Source of the DNA: Phyllosticta citribraziliensis
Lineage: Eukaryota
Direction: 5' to 3'
Assembly (NCBI RefSeq): GCF_038025025.1
Contig: NW_027117348.1
Span: 1,240,001-1,304,000, forward strand
Length of the DNA stretch: 64,000 nucleotides
The translations under genes and the position numbers were made by a program. Under the pieces are notes generated by a model. It did no database searches, was not told where the DNA came from, and saw only the letters and a program-made list of their open reading frames with translations. Shown here piece by piece: positions 25,763 through 38,072 of this stretch. How positions within the stretch are numbered: the stretch's first letter is position 1; each line of letters starts with the position of its first letter.

Positions 25763-26387
25763 ATGCGCACACCCATCCGGCCCACGCTCCTCCGAGGAGC
25801 GCCGCTACGGCTCCCCCTCGCACCATCACGAAGCCTCGTCTCCGCGCCGAAGCCGGGCAGCGGGCCGCTCATGACGCGGCGGGCGGACCGCGCGCTGCCG
25901 GCCGTCACCTCGCGGCGCTGGATGTACACGCTGCCGCTGTTTGCGCTCGTGGTCGGCGGGTCGACGCTGGCCATCTTCAACTACCAGAAGCAGACGTCGT
26001 CGGTGGTCGAGGCGACGCTGTACGCGCTGCGGACGGACCCGCGCACGCGCGAGGCGCTGGGCCCCGAAATCTACTTCGCCAGCAAGGTCCCCTGGATCTG
26101 GGGCACCATTGACCAGGTGCACGGCAAGGTCGACATCGAGTACGCGGTCAAGGGGCGGCGGCAGCGCGGCACCGTGCGCTTTGTCAGTCTGAGGAAGAGC
26201 AAAAAGGGCTTTGTACGTTCCACCCTTTTTGGAATGCTCCTGCCCCGTCTTCTGGAATCGAGTGCTGATGCTAGCCCTGCAGTTTGAGACGGTCGAGTGG
26301 AGTCTCACGACGGATGACGGCCAAACGCTGCAGCTTCTCGACCCCGACAAGCCCGATCCGTTCCGCCGTCAGGATGATGACGAGTGA
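25763..26387 (+). CDS. COA1: Cytochrome c oxidase assembly factor Coa1-like
   Basis: Arg-rich mitochondrial presequence, TM TLPLFALVVGGSTLAIFNYQK, SSVVEATLYALR..ALG..PWIWG. Intron ~26213-26282. Confidence 0.8.
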
Positions 26388-26899
26388 ACAAACTGAAACT
26401 TGGGATGACAGTGTATAGGGCGACGGGGGTTTTCTGGCAGACGTGTATCACCACTGCATCATACGGCGTTTGGAAAATGGTCATTGCAGGTTGGCAACTG
26501 TTGCCGCAGCTAAAACACGCATCGGCAGTTGCAAAAAATGTCAACCTCGTTTCAGCAGCACGCAAAACCACGAATATTTGTCAATTCCACGTATCCATTT
26601 TGAGCGCCGCTGGGAAGAAAAAGACCTCTGTTGAAAAGTGTAAGAGAAGATACATTAAGGAGTGGTGAGAAGGGAAGGCGAAATGTGCCGAGCGAATGGA
26701 TGCACGCTGTCAGTCATGCTGTCATTATTCGGGTTGCTCGTTAAGGTATGCCAAGAAACAGGCGTCATGCCTGCAAAGCGAACGGATTCCAAATCCACAG
26801 AGAAAGAAAAAAAAAGGGTATCTAATCCATTGCCGACGCAGGGGTCAATGATAGCAGCGCATAAGCGCGAGAAGAGAAGAGCGAGACGAAACTGACGTC

Positions 26900-27925
26900 T
26901 CAGAACGTCGGCGACAGCTCGTATGGATTGTTTTCACGCCTCAGGGCACGCATGCTGGGGTGGTGCGTCAGATCCGGCTTCTGGACGGTGCTGCGCAGGC
27001 GCTCAAACTCGGGCGAGCGGTTGATGGGGCCGCCGTTGACGGGCGGCGAGATGTTGAGCGGTCCGGAAATGTTTTCGATGAAGCCCGTCTTTTTGGCCTT
27101 TTTGGACTTGGCCGACTTGGTCGATTTGGCGTCGGACATGTCGTTAGTGTACTGATTTTCGGCGTAGCGGTTGGGGAAGAGGGAGGCGCGAGCACTGCGG
27201 AAGAGCGAGTTGGAGGTGGGCGGCTCAGGGGCAACAGCAGCAGCAGCCGTGGGTGTGGGAGTGCGCGGCTGGTACGGCGTTGGAGTGCGAGTGTTGGACA
27301 CGCTATTCATCGACGTCTTGACGCTTAGAGTCTTTTGGGCGTGCTCCATCTCGCGCTGGGCTTCGGCGTCCTGCAGAGCGACCACGCCATGGGCTCGCAC
27401 GCGCCTGGCAGAGATGCGCAGCTTGCGGTCCCGGAAAATGAAGCTGATGCCAATGTTGAAGAAGCCGACGGCTATGCTGACGATGCCGGAGCTGAGCACG
27501 AGGCGGAAAAAGGGCGTTCCCAGCGTGGCTTCATTGATTTCCTTGTTCAGACTGCCGAGCAGGTTGACGCCCATGGTGATCATTGCCAGACCGAGCACGA
27601 CGAAGCCATGGTCGTAGCTGAGGAGCGGCCAGTCTCGAACAAAGTAGTTCCTGAAGACGGACAGCTCAGAGACGACGAGGAAGACTGCAGCAGCGGTTAG
27701 TGGTGTTGTGGTGGTGAGGGGGAAATGCGTACGAGCAATGAGAGCGGTGATGACTCGACCGCAGAGGTCGAAAAAGTAGTACTGGTTTGAGCGGATGATG
27801 GTCTTGACAACGACGACGATGCTCGAAGTGCTGACGGCGAGCAGGACCAGAATGTTCAAGAGGCGGAAGATGTTGAGCAGGATGTAGCCTGGGCCAGCCA
27901 GGTTCTTGATGGAGAAGAGCGACAT
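26900..27925 (-). CDS. Fungal 4-TM membrane protein with disordered C-terminal tail
   Basis: LAGPGYILLNIFRLLNILVLLAV, WPLLSYDHGFVVLGLAMITMG and FRLVLSSGIVSIAVGFFNI hydrophobic segments. In-frame intron near 27686-27731. Confidence 0.75.
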   Translation of the reverse strand: MSLFSIKNLAGPGYILLNIFRLLNILVLLAVSTSSIVVVVKTIIRSNQYYFFDLCGRVITALIARTHFPLTTTTPLTAAAVFLVVSELSVFRNYFVRDWPLLSYDHGFVVLGLAMITMGVNLLGSLNKEINEATLGTPFFRLVLSSGIVSIAVGFFNIGISFIFRDRKLRISARRVRAHGVVALQDAEAQREMEHAQKTLSVKTSMNSVSNTRTPTPYQPRTPTPTAAAAVAPEPPTSNSLFRSARASLFPNRYAENQYTNDMSDAKSTKSAKSKKAKKTGFIENISGPLNISPPVNGGPINRSPEFERLRSTVQKPDLTHHPSMRALRRENNPYELSPTF

Positions 27926-28682
27926 CTGGGAGCTGCAGAGGAGTGGAGGATGCAGAAGCGAGGGCGGAGTTGGATGGACGAGTCCAGAGCCTCGTAGAGG
28001 TCGTGGTGACGCTCAAGTGAAAGGCAACGGAGCAAAGGGCATGTGCATGGAGCCGAGAGTGAAGTGAAGACGCAGAAGCGGATGTGAAGAGCTTGACATT
28101 GTGTGTGTAAACTAGCAACTGGCAGGGAACAGCGTTGTGGTCATGGATGGCGGCAGACGGGAGTCGAGTGAGCAAGGCGTTCAGCCAATTGCCCGAGATT
28201 TTGTCACAATTGATGAAACGCCGGAGTCAGTCGATGGATGGCTTGTGGTTTGTTTCTGCCGTGTTCCCTGCGGCGAGGCGGCGCCCGTTTCATGGATGGC
28301 TGAGCGCTGTGAGGTGCCCTGGTGTTGAGCAGGGGAGGGGAGCGAAAACTGGGGTGGCCGATCGAACTGTTGCTGCGTGGACGCGCGAGAGCGACGATGT
28401 TGCACTTTTGACGGTGCAAACAACATGGCATTTGGTGATTGAGGTGTTGGTGAGAGGCGACGGGGCCGGCGGTTCCATTCACGGTCAGGTCTGGCTTCTT
28501 CGCAGTCCACGTCCGTCTGTCCGCCCGCGCTGTGGCGCTATTTTTATCGCGCGGTCTTCGCCCACCGGCTCCCTCTGCACCTCTCTCTTCTTTTTTTCTC
28601 CACACCCCGACCAGACCCTCAGGTCCCCTCTGCCAACACCACCGACAACCCACCCCACCCCGGCTCTCCATCAACTCCCACC

Positions 28683-29086
28683 ATGGCCCGCGGTAACCAG
28701 CGTGAAAAGGCTCGCGAAAAGAACCAAAAGGCCCAGGCCGGCACGGTATGTCCTGTCTCCTCTCCTATCTGTCGGGCTTGCCGCTAAACGCCCTCGCAAT
28801 CCAACAGAAGAACAAGAACAGCGTACGTCGTCCGCGATCAGCACTTCTAGGCCCGTCACGCTCTATTTTCTCGCGCGGCCTCCCTACCCTTCATTTCACC
28901 CATCTAACGTGACCTCTGCCCAGATGTCCGGCACCGAGTTCCAGCGCGCCAAAGAGGATGCCGCCGCCATTATGCGCGCCAAGCAGGCTGCCGGTACGTC
29001 TTCTTCTCCTAATCACCACCGCCGTCTACTGACTGGCGTCTCTACTAGCCGACGCCAAAAAGGGCGAGGCTTCCAACAAGAAATGA
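28683..29086 (+). CDS. SERF/4F5 (small EDRK-rich factor) family protein, 4 exons
   Basis: Spliced MARGNQREKAREKNQKAQAGT-KNKNS-MSGTEFQRAKEDAAAIMRAKQAA-ADAKKGEASNKK. MARGNQR is the family signature. Confidence 0.88.
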
Positions 29087-31044
29087 GCTTCATGTGCCTC
29101 TTGTTTTCTTTTTTTCTTCCCCCGAGTTGGCCTCGGCCACGGAGCTACGGAGTAGAGTTGGTTGTTGTTGTTGGTCACCGTCTTTGCGCGCGTCCGTCCC
29201 CTGCGTCTCTACCGCGTAGGAGATTGACAAGTTATACCCCCTACCTACTTACCTAGACATACATCCACGACTTTTCTCGTCCTCCCCTACGCTCCATCGC
29301 TGTGATTGCTTTCTCAAATGAGCCTGCGCCACCGTGGCACCGGCACTCATGGCCGGGCGTGCCACCTCCCCATCCAGCGCGGCCTTGCGTCATGCATGGA
29401 GAGCTTCGATGGTGAAGGCTGGTCAGGCACGCGCTCCCATCCAGAGCAGCACAAGCAGAGCAAATAAGGCGCCAAGACAGCGGCGCACCACCATCAATCA
29501 AACACCAACCCATGCATGCAGAGGGGCCGATTTTCCCAACCTGATCAGATCATCGTGCCTGACAGCTCCCGCGACTCGAGAGAATAGACTCGAGAGCAGC
29601 GACAAGGTCTGCCATTTCGACCCGCCAAGTCGGGACTCGAACGTACGTCGTCAATCGTCCGTCAGGTCCGTCTCCTGTCCTCACTCGCCCGGGCCCTCTC
29701 GCCGAGCAAGCATCCCGTCCCTCATCCCAGGTCCCTCGTTCCCCGCTAGGCTAGGTACAGGAGTCTGGCGAGAGGAGCAGCAGCGCATGCTCCTGGCCGG
29801 CCCGCCGTTCCCTGCAACCGAGCAACGTCAAAGAAAAACTCTATTTGGACCTGTCTTGCCCTGACGTGTGTGTGTGCTTGCAACAACAACACTCCTCCAG
29901 GCACGTCCTCTGACGGATGCCGTTTCTGCATGACTGACGGCCGCGTGCGATTGCGCTCAATCAAACGGCCATCCAGATCGCCAATCCAGCGCATCGCCTG
30001 CCTCGTTTCGTTTTGTTTCGTTTTCGGTGCGTACGCCGGCCGTCAAGCTTTTCGCGCTCTCCGTGCCTTACCGCGCTTTGGTAGCCGTAGTCATGACAAC
30101 AAACCTCCCTCCCTCAACCTACGCACCCACCACAGACAACCTTCGGCAATGCGCCGACCTAGCACCCTGTCTGTCTTTGCGCGCGCGGTCAAACCCATCC
30201 ACTCTGCTGCTGTGCCTTGCAGTTGCTGACTCCGCGTCCGCGCTTGGCTGACTACCTTACTTGTCTGCGTCCTGTGTGTGCACCTCCTTTACCTCACTTA
30301 CCCCTCTCCCATCCCAGACACAATCGCATCATTAATCCGTCACGCAGCAACGCGCGCCTGGGTCGAGATGCCCCTCCCTCGTGCGGATCGCTCGATCGCT
30401 GGCTTTGACGTCACTGTACCTACTTTCTACTCCCTATTCCCCCGGCGCCCCCGATTGCCGACACTATGAACGTGTCGACTCGTAGACCGTTGGCGACGTG
30501 AATGCTCCACCATCTCCGATGCGCTCAGAGACTCGGAGGCTCGAAAGCTCCCATCCGCCCCCTTCCTCCTTTCCCTTTCTTGACCCCCCGCTCACTCTCT
30601 GCCATTCGCTGCCGAGTATACAGCAAAGCTCCATCCCCATCTCGCCTATGCTCCACATACCAGCGCACAACCAAACACCCTACCTCTCTACAACTGTCCT
30701 CCCTGTCATCCCTATCCTCCCTGTCACATCCGCCGCCGACGGCGGGACGGCGGGACGGCTGGCTGCCACGCCATGCCGCCTGTCGGCTCGGCTGCTAAAC
30801 GCATCTACCTGACGTCCCGACACGCACGCACGGCCGGCAGGCCGACTGGTCAACCGATTGGCGGGAGCGGTTCGTTCGTTAGGTGGTGGGCGGGTGGCTG
30901 CGATGACACAGGTATGTAAGGATGTGCGGTGGTGCGGGTAGTATGCTCCGGCAACGGCGTGCCGTACTCTGCTACAGGACGTATAGTTTTCGCCGAGGGT
31001 CTGTTCATCTTCCTATGTCTGTCAGGGGTCTGGCGAAGTGGGCA

Positions 31045-31068
31045 AGTGAGTGAGTGAGTGAGTGAGTG
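31045..31068. repeat. (AGTG)6 microsatellite
   Basis: agtgagtgagtgagtgagtgagtg read directly from the sequence. Confidence 0.9.
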
Positions 31069-32150
31069 GGTGACGGGTATCTAGGTGCCTGCTCCCCTTC
31101 GATTAGCCAGCGCTGCTGCTGCTCTTTCGTGAATCCCCTGATCCATCTCGTCGCTTGCATCGCCGCCGGCCATGTGACGCCGCGCCGCTCCTGTTTTAGG
31201 GTCTGTGTCGAGCGCGTTGCTGCTCTGACTGAGACAGATGCGCCGTGAGGGCGTCGTTGCAGACTTTGAGGATTAGTGCCTCCCCATCGTCGTCGCCGAT
31301 TTGCGGCTCCACGCGCCTTGCAAGCGTTGGAGGCGTGCAAGGCCCTCGGCGTTGTGTGAGGGGGCTGATTGGGACATGGCGATGTGAGATGGATTGGACG
31401 AAGCAAAGCGTCTTGGTAACGTGCAGGAAAAGAGATGTTCAAAGATATTGTGGTGATGGGGAGGAGTGTTGATGGTAACGCGCCTGAAGTCAAAGTTGCG
31501 AGAAGACGCGTCTATAAACTCTACTCCATCTGGCAGGGGCCTGACTCGCTGTACACGAAGGCTGCCAACCTACCGACCTGCTGTTATGGTCACGAATGCT
31601 CCAGATCGACATCAAGTCGGGTTTGCTAAGCACCCTGCTAGTGTTTTACCTGGTAAAGGGAGAAGGACGCCGAAGCAAGTGTTCGACGACGCAGGATTGA
31701 AGACGCAAGCGCTGTCTTTCCATTGTCGTCCTGCACAAAAGCGTTGATGAGCTTTCAGACGCGGTATCAATGCACTTTGTGACGCAGCACCGACGACCGA
31801 TGCCCCTGTCTGTGTATATATCAGTACGTGTGAACCCTCTTCAAGCTCGCCCCTAGGAACTTACTCGTAGTCAAGCTAAGACAGTGACCGCAAGTTTTCC
31901 AAGCACCCTACAAGTGCTTTACCTGGGTTTCAAAAGCATGATGGCTCAAGCACTGCAATTGCATCCAAGGAGCACTTCTTCGAAGCTACAGTTGTGCCTG
32001 GCGGGGAGCTGTGGTACGGCGTCACAATCACTTGGGAGCCATCATCTGCCACTGTAGACGCCCAGAATACCTGTACCATCAATTACCAAGCAAAACTGTG
32101 GAATGCGTGTCTGAAACTGAACTTGATGCCTCCTTTTCTAACGTGACCTT

Positions 32151-33107
32151 TCAGGGACATCTTCCTCTTCTCGAACATGCTGCCTGGCTGTCTTCCTCCA
32201 TGACATTGGGCCAAGCTGTCACCTCCTTTCGGGAGAGATGAGAGACAACAGAACGTGCGCTCAGGACCGGGGAGCTGCTTGAAATCAGCATCGACATGGG
32301 TGTGGAACTTGGGATGAACTCACGTCGGAGTCTAGTGAAGAAATTGCGATGCCTTTCGTCCTCCACTTCCTCCGAATCCTCGACATCCAGCTCGTCCAGA
32401 TCTGGTTCATCGTCGAATCTCTCATCAGGCGTATGGGTTTCGAAACATTCCAAATTTCTCGTTGCAACGGCGAGACTTTCCTGCTTGACCCGGATATCAT
32501 TTCTCAACCGTGGCTGCATGTCTTCAAGTCTGCCGCATGCAAAGACTAGGCGATTGTGGACAGCAACGAAGACCGGCTGCCCTTCGAGAAGTCTGTCGTC
32601 GTCCTCCATGTCGTCCAACATCTTGTAGGCGTCTACCAGGTTCTTTCTTGATTTTCGGAGTTCCTCTTGGAGAAATGCCAGGTCTTGACATAGGGCTTCG
32701 CATCTGTCTTCGAGCTGCTTCCGGAACCGAGCCCGGGCACGAGATAGAGGGCTCGCAGCCGGAGATGGGGTCTGGCGCGGAGTCGACGGTCGGTTCTGTC
32801 CAGGCGAGTTGCTTTGCCGCATGGCTTGTAGTGCTTCACGCAAGTCGCGAAATGGAAAGCGGTCGCCACCATGCCTATTGACATCAGTTGCAGGCGAAGA
32901 GTTTGACGGAGTTCGTGGCCGGCGCGGAGGAGATGGAGAGGTCCGTCCAGGCGAGTTGTTTTGACGCAAAGCCAGTAGTTCTTCTTGCATGTCGCGAAAC
33001 TGAAAGCGGTCTTCATTGTGCCCGTTGACGCCATTTGTAAGAGGAGAATCTGACGGAGACTGTGGTGCAGGTCCGCACCCGTTCACACACTGTTTGGGCG
33101 GAGACAT
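32151..33107 (-). CDS. Orphan protein with a duplicated ~50-aa N-terminal motif and a coiled coil
   Basis: 318-aa ORF with ATG in a CATC context. GVNGHNEDRFQFRDMQEELLALRQNNSPG recurs as DVNRHGGDRFPFRDLREALQAMRQSNSPG. Confidence 0.6.
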   Translation of the reverse strand: MSPPKQCVNGCGPAPQSPSDSPLTNGVNGHNEDRFQFRDMQEELLALRQNNSPGRTSPSPPRRPRTPSNSSPATDVNRHGGDRFPFRDLREALQAMRQSNSPGQNRPSTPRQTPSPAASPLSRARARFRKQLEDRCEALCQDLAFLQEELRKSRKNLVDAYKMLDDMEDDDRLLEGQPVFVAVHNRLVFACGRLEDMQPRLRNDIRVKQESLAVATRNLECFETHTPDERFDDEPDLDELDVEDSEEVEDERHRNFFTRLRREFIPSSTPMSMLISSSSPVLSARSVVSHLSRKEVTAWPNVMEEDSQAACSRRGRCP

Positions 33108-33615
33108 GATGGCGAGATGAGAGATGCAGGCAAGGCGTCAAAAGTGTTGTGAAAGCGATACTGGGCGTTGTAGCGATAAGTGAAGTGTGCTGACCGATTG
33201 GGGTCCAACGAAAGACGTGGGTATTGTTGTAGCGATGATGAGATGTGCTGAGAGAGGTCCGGCGAAAGGCGCGTTCTTTAGAGCGAGCCATGCCCACGCA
33301 CCTTCCCATCGACGGTGGTCCACTCCCACATTTCCTTCCTTCTTGGGTCAGTCTTTCTTTCAATGGTAACTTGGAAGCCGTTGCCAAAATCTCTAATCAT
33401 GCACAATGATGGTATGGATCCTATCCAACCAAATCAGCAAAAGGCTCGAATTGTAAATCTACCATGGCGATTGGGGAATTCGAAAAACAATGTACAGCGA
33501 ATCCAAAACAATTTCCAACTCCTCGCCTCGCAAAGCGCCTGTCCACCGCTGCACCAACGATTTTTTGAGCTGCACCATGTCCACACTGTCCAGCTTACCG
33601 GCCCACGAAAGCAAC

Positions 33616-34055
33616 CTATTTGTGCGAGCCAGCAGCCCCCGTTACCCTCAAAATAAAGTTTACCACGACAGCCGCCAGCAGAGCAATGGCCAGAACCGTC
33701 GGACCAAAGCGATCGTCAAAGCCGCTCTGGCCGCGCTGGCGGATACTCTTGGCGCGCCAGTGAAAGGTGACGAGGGCGTACAGCATGGCGGCCATGGCCA
33801 CGAGCGTGAAGAGGCCGGCGCTGATTTGGCCGACCTTGTCACCAAAGTTGAGGAGGCCGACGGCGAGGCCGCCAAGGATGACGGTGAAGTTGAGCCAGGA
33901 CAGGAACGTGCGCTCGTTGGCGAAGAAGACCTTGGGCTCGACGCGCGTGGGCAGGGCGATCCGCTTGCCTGGAGGGAGAGGTCAGCGCGCAGCTACATTG
34001 CGCGGGAACTGGAGCTCTTACCGGGCGCGGTCTGGAGGAGGGGCTGGCTCGACAT
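33616..34055 (-). CDS. VTC1: Vacuolar transporter chaperone 1
   Basis: Spliced [47 protein letters not shown], with three TM helices. Confidence 0.95.
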
Positions 34056-34530
34056 GATGATATCCCGGAGATTCCTTGGGGAGCGTGCGCGGGACGGCTT
34101 TGGGGCGTGCGGGACGAGGGCGGGCGTGTGTCGGCGCAGGTGAAGCGGGTGGTTTGGCGGCGAGGAGAGGCTGCTGTTCCAACTGGAGGAGTAGAAGGTC
34201 TCCAAAGGGTCCTCGTGCAGAATTTGTCGTGAGCGGGGAATTGAGATGCGAAGGGAAGTTAGAGTCGTCGACGCCGCACGAGTGACGGGGTGTCGAGTGT
34301 GATTGGTCGAGGTGGCCGCTCGGACTCGGACGTGGGTGGTGGCTTCCCCGTCGCTCCGCAACCGTCCCGTCACCCACCTGCACCCACCAGCTCAGCTCGG
34401 CCACCGCAGCTCCTGATAGCACAACACTGCACCCTACATCCCGACTCCCTGTCTGCCGCAAAAACAACTGCAAAACATCCTCCGCCCCCCTCTGCCGCCG
34501 CTTAAACATCTCCAAACTATATCACTCACA

Positions 34531-35130
34531 ATGGCTGCCCCTGTAAGACCTGTCTCGAACTCCGCATTGTACTCCTATTCAGCCTACTGACGCCCTTTGC
34601 AGCCCGTTTCTGAAACCCGCCTCAAGCAAATCGCTACCGACGTACGCCATCGCCCCAGCTTTCCAACTCCCCACACTGACGAGACTCTGCACCAGGCCTG
34701 CGATGCCGCCATTGGCAAGGCAGAGAGCTACGTCCACGCCTCGACGGCCGAGTGGAACGAGACGATAATCGTACGTCTTGCGCTCCAACAACGTCGCATC
34801 AAGGCGCCCGCAATCTGACACTGGCCGCAGAACTCGATCCTCAAGTCCCTCATCAGCGAGACGTCGACGGGCCCCAACAACCAGCCGCCGTTCAAGTACG
34901 CCATCAACAGCACCATCATCCAGCATGCCCCTACCTTCAGCCGGACCGCCGACAGCGATTCGACCGAGGACCCCGCCGCAAGCCTGGCCAAGGTGGGCCG
35001 CCGTGGCATGCACAGCGCCGCCGGCGCGTACTGGAACAACGAAAAGGACGGCATGTGGAGCTACAAGTACGAGGGCGGCGACAAAAAGGGCCTCGACGTC
35101 GTCATCAACATCATGTGGATCGCCATTTAG
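34531..35130 (+). CDS. Dynein light chain, Tctex-1 family, 4 exons
   Basis: WNETII-NSILKSLI..PFKYAINSTIIQH..RGMHSAAGAYWNNEKDGMWSYKY..LDVVINIMWIAI-TAG. Confidence 0.9.
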
Positions 35131-35632
35131 ACGCAACCGCAACAATCACCAGGAAAGAAAAAAACTTGTCATCTAGACTGAGAAAAGAGGGATCACATGG
35201 GCCACTTCTTCGCATATACTCTTGTGCAGTTAGGTATTGAGCATGCGCTTGGTTTGGTTGGAGCTTGGAGTCAGTCCGCTCGTTGTCGTCTGTCTGTCTG
35301 TCTAGAACGGGGGCTGAAGCTTGTTCTCTTTGGATCTTTTGTGTGTTGCGTTGCTACTGGACGCTCGGTGGCATCAAAACTTGGAAAATCAAACTGGCGT
35401 CTGGACGGGATTCGAGCATCGGAAACTCAAATGGTAAAGCCTGCTGGGCGTTTTCTTTACTTTCGTCAATCGAGAAGCGTTTGGACTGCACTGCCGTCGA
35501 AACATACATGTCACCAATCTGCAGCTAGGGAGGCATCCGAATCCCAATGCTCCTGACATCCCAAACTCGTTTCTCCGTCCCACTAATCTACCGATGCATT
35601 AGTCGCCGCTGTCAATCCCGCACCGCACTACT

Positions 35633-36646
35633 TCACTTCAAGCAGTCCCCCACAAAGCGCTCCCAAAACGACGCAAACAAATCCGGCCGCTCCCAAAACG
35701 GCGCGTGCCCCAACCCGTCAATGCGATGCGCCGCGCCCTCCCACAAGTTGGCATACGCTATCTCATCCAGGTAGTCGAGGTTGACAAACGGCTCGGCGCC
35801 GCCGTTGACGACGGCCACGGGCACGTCGCTCTCCTCGCAGAGCTGCCGCTGGTCGACGCCGCGCCCGCCCTTGAAGGCGTCGAACATGATGCGCCGCGCC
35901 CGCCCGTCGGTGCGCTGCGCTGCGCTGCGGATCCAGTCGTCGTGCGGCTCCCCGATGGCCGCGTAGGGGAAGGTCGAGAAGGCGGTCGCGGGCCATGTTT
36001 CTTGCTCGGCGAGGAGCATGCGGTCGCCCTCCTCCTCTCCCTCCTCCTTCTCCTCGCCGTCGTCATTCGTCTCGGACGCAGGCGGCGGCGGCGGATCGTG
36101 CAGAAAACCCGCCGCGACCTGCGCCTCGCCCAGCGCCGGCGGCGTCCCCACGATCATGACGCCCTGGACACATCTCGTTGCGTCCGCGCCGCCGCGCCGC
36201 ATGCGCGCCTCGTCCGCGGCTGCCATCTCCAGCGCCACGTGCCCGCCCAGACTCCAGCCCAGCACGACGACACCCCCAGAAAGACAGCCCAGCGCTTCCA
36301 GCACGTCAAGCGCCGCGGCTGCGTAGGCCGGCTGCGTGTAGCTAGCCTCGGGATGCGGGGCGTCGGTTGAGGCGCCGTGGCCGGGGAGGTCGAGGAGGAG
36401 GGTGCGGTGGGTTGTCAGGGGGGAGGAGTGTGCGCGGAGGTGCGTGAGCAGGCGGTGGAAGGAGAGGCTGCAGGAGGAGTTGCCGTGGATGAGGAGGAGG
36501 GTTGGGGTTGGGGAGGTGTTGGGAGGGTTGGCGGGGATGTTTGAAGCGGTTGGTGTTGGCGCGAGGGACGAGAGGTGCAGTGTCCCGTGCGCCGTGGCGA
36601 TGTGATGGTGGGTTAGGGGCAGCCCGGAGTTTTCGGTGAATGCCAT
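35633..36646 (-). CDS. Alpha/beta hydrolase
   Basis: LLLIHGNSS, DLPGHGAS, nucleophile elbow GWSLGG, catalytic His in GHAPFWERP. Probable start MAFTE at 36646. Confidence 0.9.
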   Translation of the reverse strand: MAFTENSGLPLTHHHIATAHGTLHLSSLAPTPTASNIPANPPNTSPTPTLLLIHGNSSCSLSFHRLLTHLRAHSSPLTTHRTLLLDLPGHGASTDAPHPEASYTQPAYAAAALDVLEALGCLSGGVVVLGWSLGGHVALEMAAADEARMRRGGADATRCVQGVMIVGTPPALGEAQVAAGFLHDPPPPPASETNDDGEEKEEGEEEGDRMLLAEQETWPATAFSTFPYAAIGEPHDDWIRSAAQRTDGRARRIMFDAFKGGRGVDQRQLCEESDVPVAVVNGGAEPFVNLDYLDEIAYANLWEGAAHRIDGLGHAPFWERPDLFASFWERFVGDCLK

Positions 36647-37323
36647 GGTGTTGATTGAGCTGGATGCGAGAGATCGGAGTTGAGGTTGAGCAAACGTGGG
36701 GAGCGGCGCGTTGTTTTTGTTGCTGTTGTTGTCGCAAGACAAAACCTCCAGCTGTTGAGTATTCCTTTCCTTGCTCTTTCTAAGCCCACATTCAATCCAC
36801 CTTTTTTGGCTACAATCAGAACACGCAGACTGCCACAAGAGCCAGCGCGGCATCTCTCTTCATATACCTGTACCTCGCGGACCCCGGTCAAGCTATCTCG
36901 CCCCTGCCGCTTGCTCGCGAGCACATCAGCAACCCCACCTTTGTAATCAGCGACCTTGACCTTGAGCCCGTCACCCTGGACAGTCTGCCTCCCACTTCTA
37001 GTGCGTCTTGTTTGCGCCGCAGCGGCGGAGCATGCGAAGGTGGTCGGTCGGCTTGGTACGTAGCGCGGGATTGGGCTGTGGCGTGTCAGTAGGTGAATTG
37101 ATTTCGGGATTGATGTGTTGGGCACAGGAGCATTCGTGTGTTGGTACGTTGAATCTAGGTATCTTTTTGAAGAGCTACGAAACCTAGGTGAGACTGTTCT
37201 CCCCCATTTCTTTCATGTTGAACCGCTCTCTGGATGTTCTGAGTCCTCGGCGGGAAGATTTGGATGCTGCATTCGGACTTGAAGCGTTTGGCCACCGTGG
37301 AACACATTTAAAGCGGCCTCCAT

Positions 37324-38072
37324 CTATATTTCTGGAGAAGGAGCAGGTGTGACGTCCGAAACGCCTTCGGAAGAGCTTGAACTCGCACACATCTGACTTT
37401 CAGTGCCATCTCGCCTCTCTGCGAACGCGTTGAAAGCCTGCTCGAAAAATGCAATCGGAAGGTACTGGAAGAGCTTCTTATCGGCATCGCTGGCACAGTC
37501 GCGGCGCCAGTACGCTGCAAACTGGTTGACAAACAGTTGACATAGCCAAGCATCTTCCGGGACGTTGTCGAAGAGCCGGCAAATGGTGGCAATCCTCGGA
37601 CATGACAAGGTTTGGAATCGCTCTTCGAACAGGGAATGGATGCCAGAGGCCAGAAGAGGCATGTCGAAATCCTTGGCGAAGACGTAGGCGCTGCTCATCA
37701 GGAAGTCCCACATGAATTCGACTTCATCTCCCTCCTCGTCTTCCGACATCTGGATCTTCCATCTCTTCTCGCTGTTTGGTCCTGGAAGCTCGCGGGTGTA
37801 CATCCAGTGCATGATGATCTCAAAGACCTCTTCATCGATGTGTTCAAGCTCCATGGCCTTTTCTTTTCCTTCCTTGAAATCGCTGTTGAAAGCAGCTTTC
37901 ATGACAGCCGATTCACAACAGATGATATGCATGTGGATGTAGTAGTTGGTCTGACTTGGGCCAACTATAAGCTTTACGATCTCCTGTTGGGAGCCTCGTC
38001 TGGTAAGTGTCAGCAAACGCATGCCTTGAGCAAACATGGTACTTACGCTGCGTTTGGTAACTGAGATTTCAT
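37324..38072 (-). CDS. BTB/POZ-domain protein (array copy BTB-2)
   Basis: ATG 38072 (CCACCATG), phase-2 intron 38000-38046, then IVKLIVGPSQTNYYIHMHIICCESAVMKAAFNSDFKEG..DEEVFEIIMHWMY and WDFLMSSAYVFA. Confidence 0.88.

Noticed and set aside
28135..29256. 373-aa ORF spanning the SERF gene
   Set aside because: It reads through promoter and introns. The four-exon SERF model accounts for the conserved parts.
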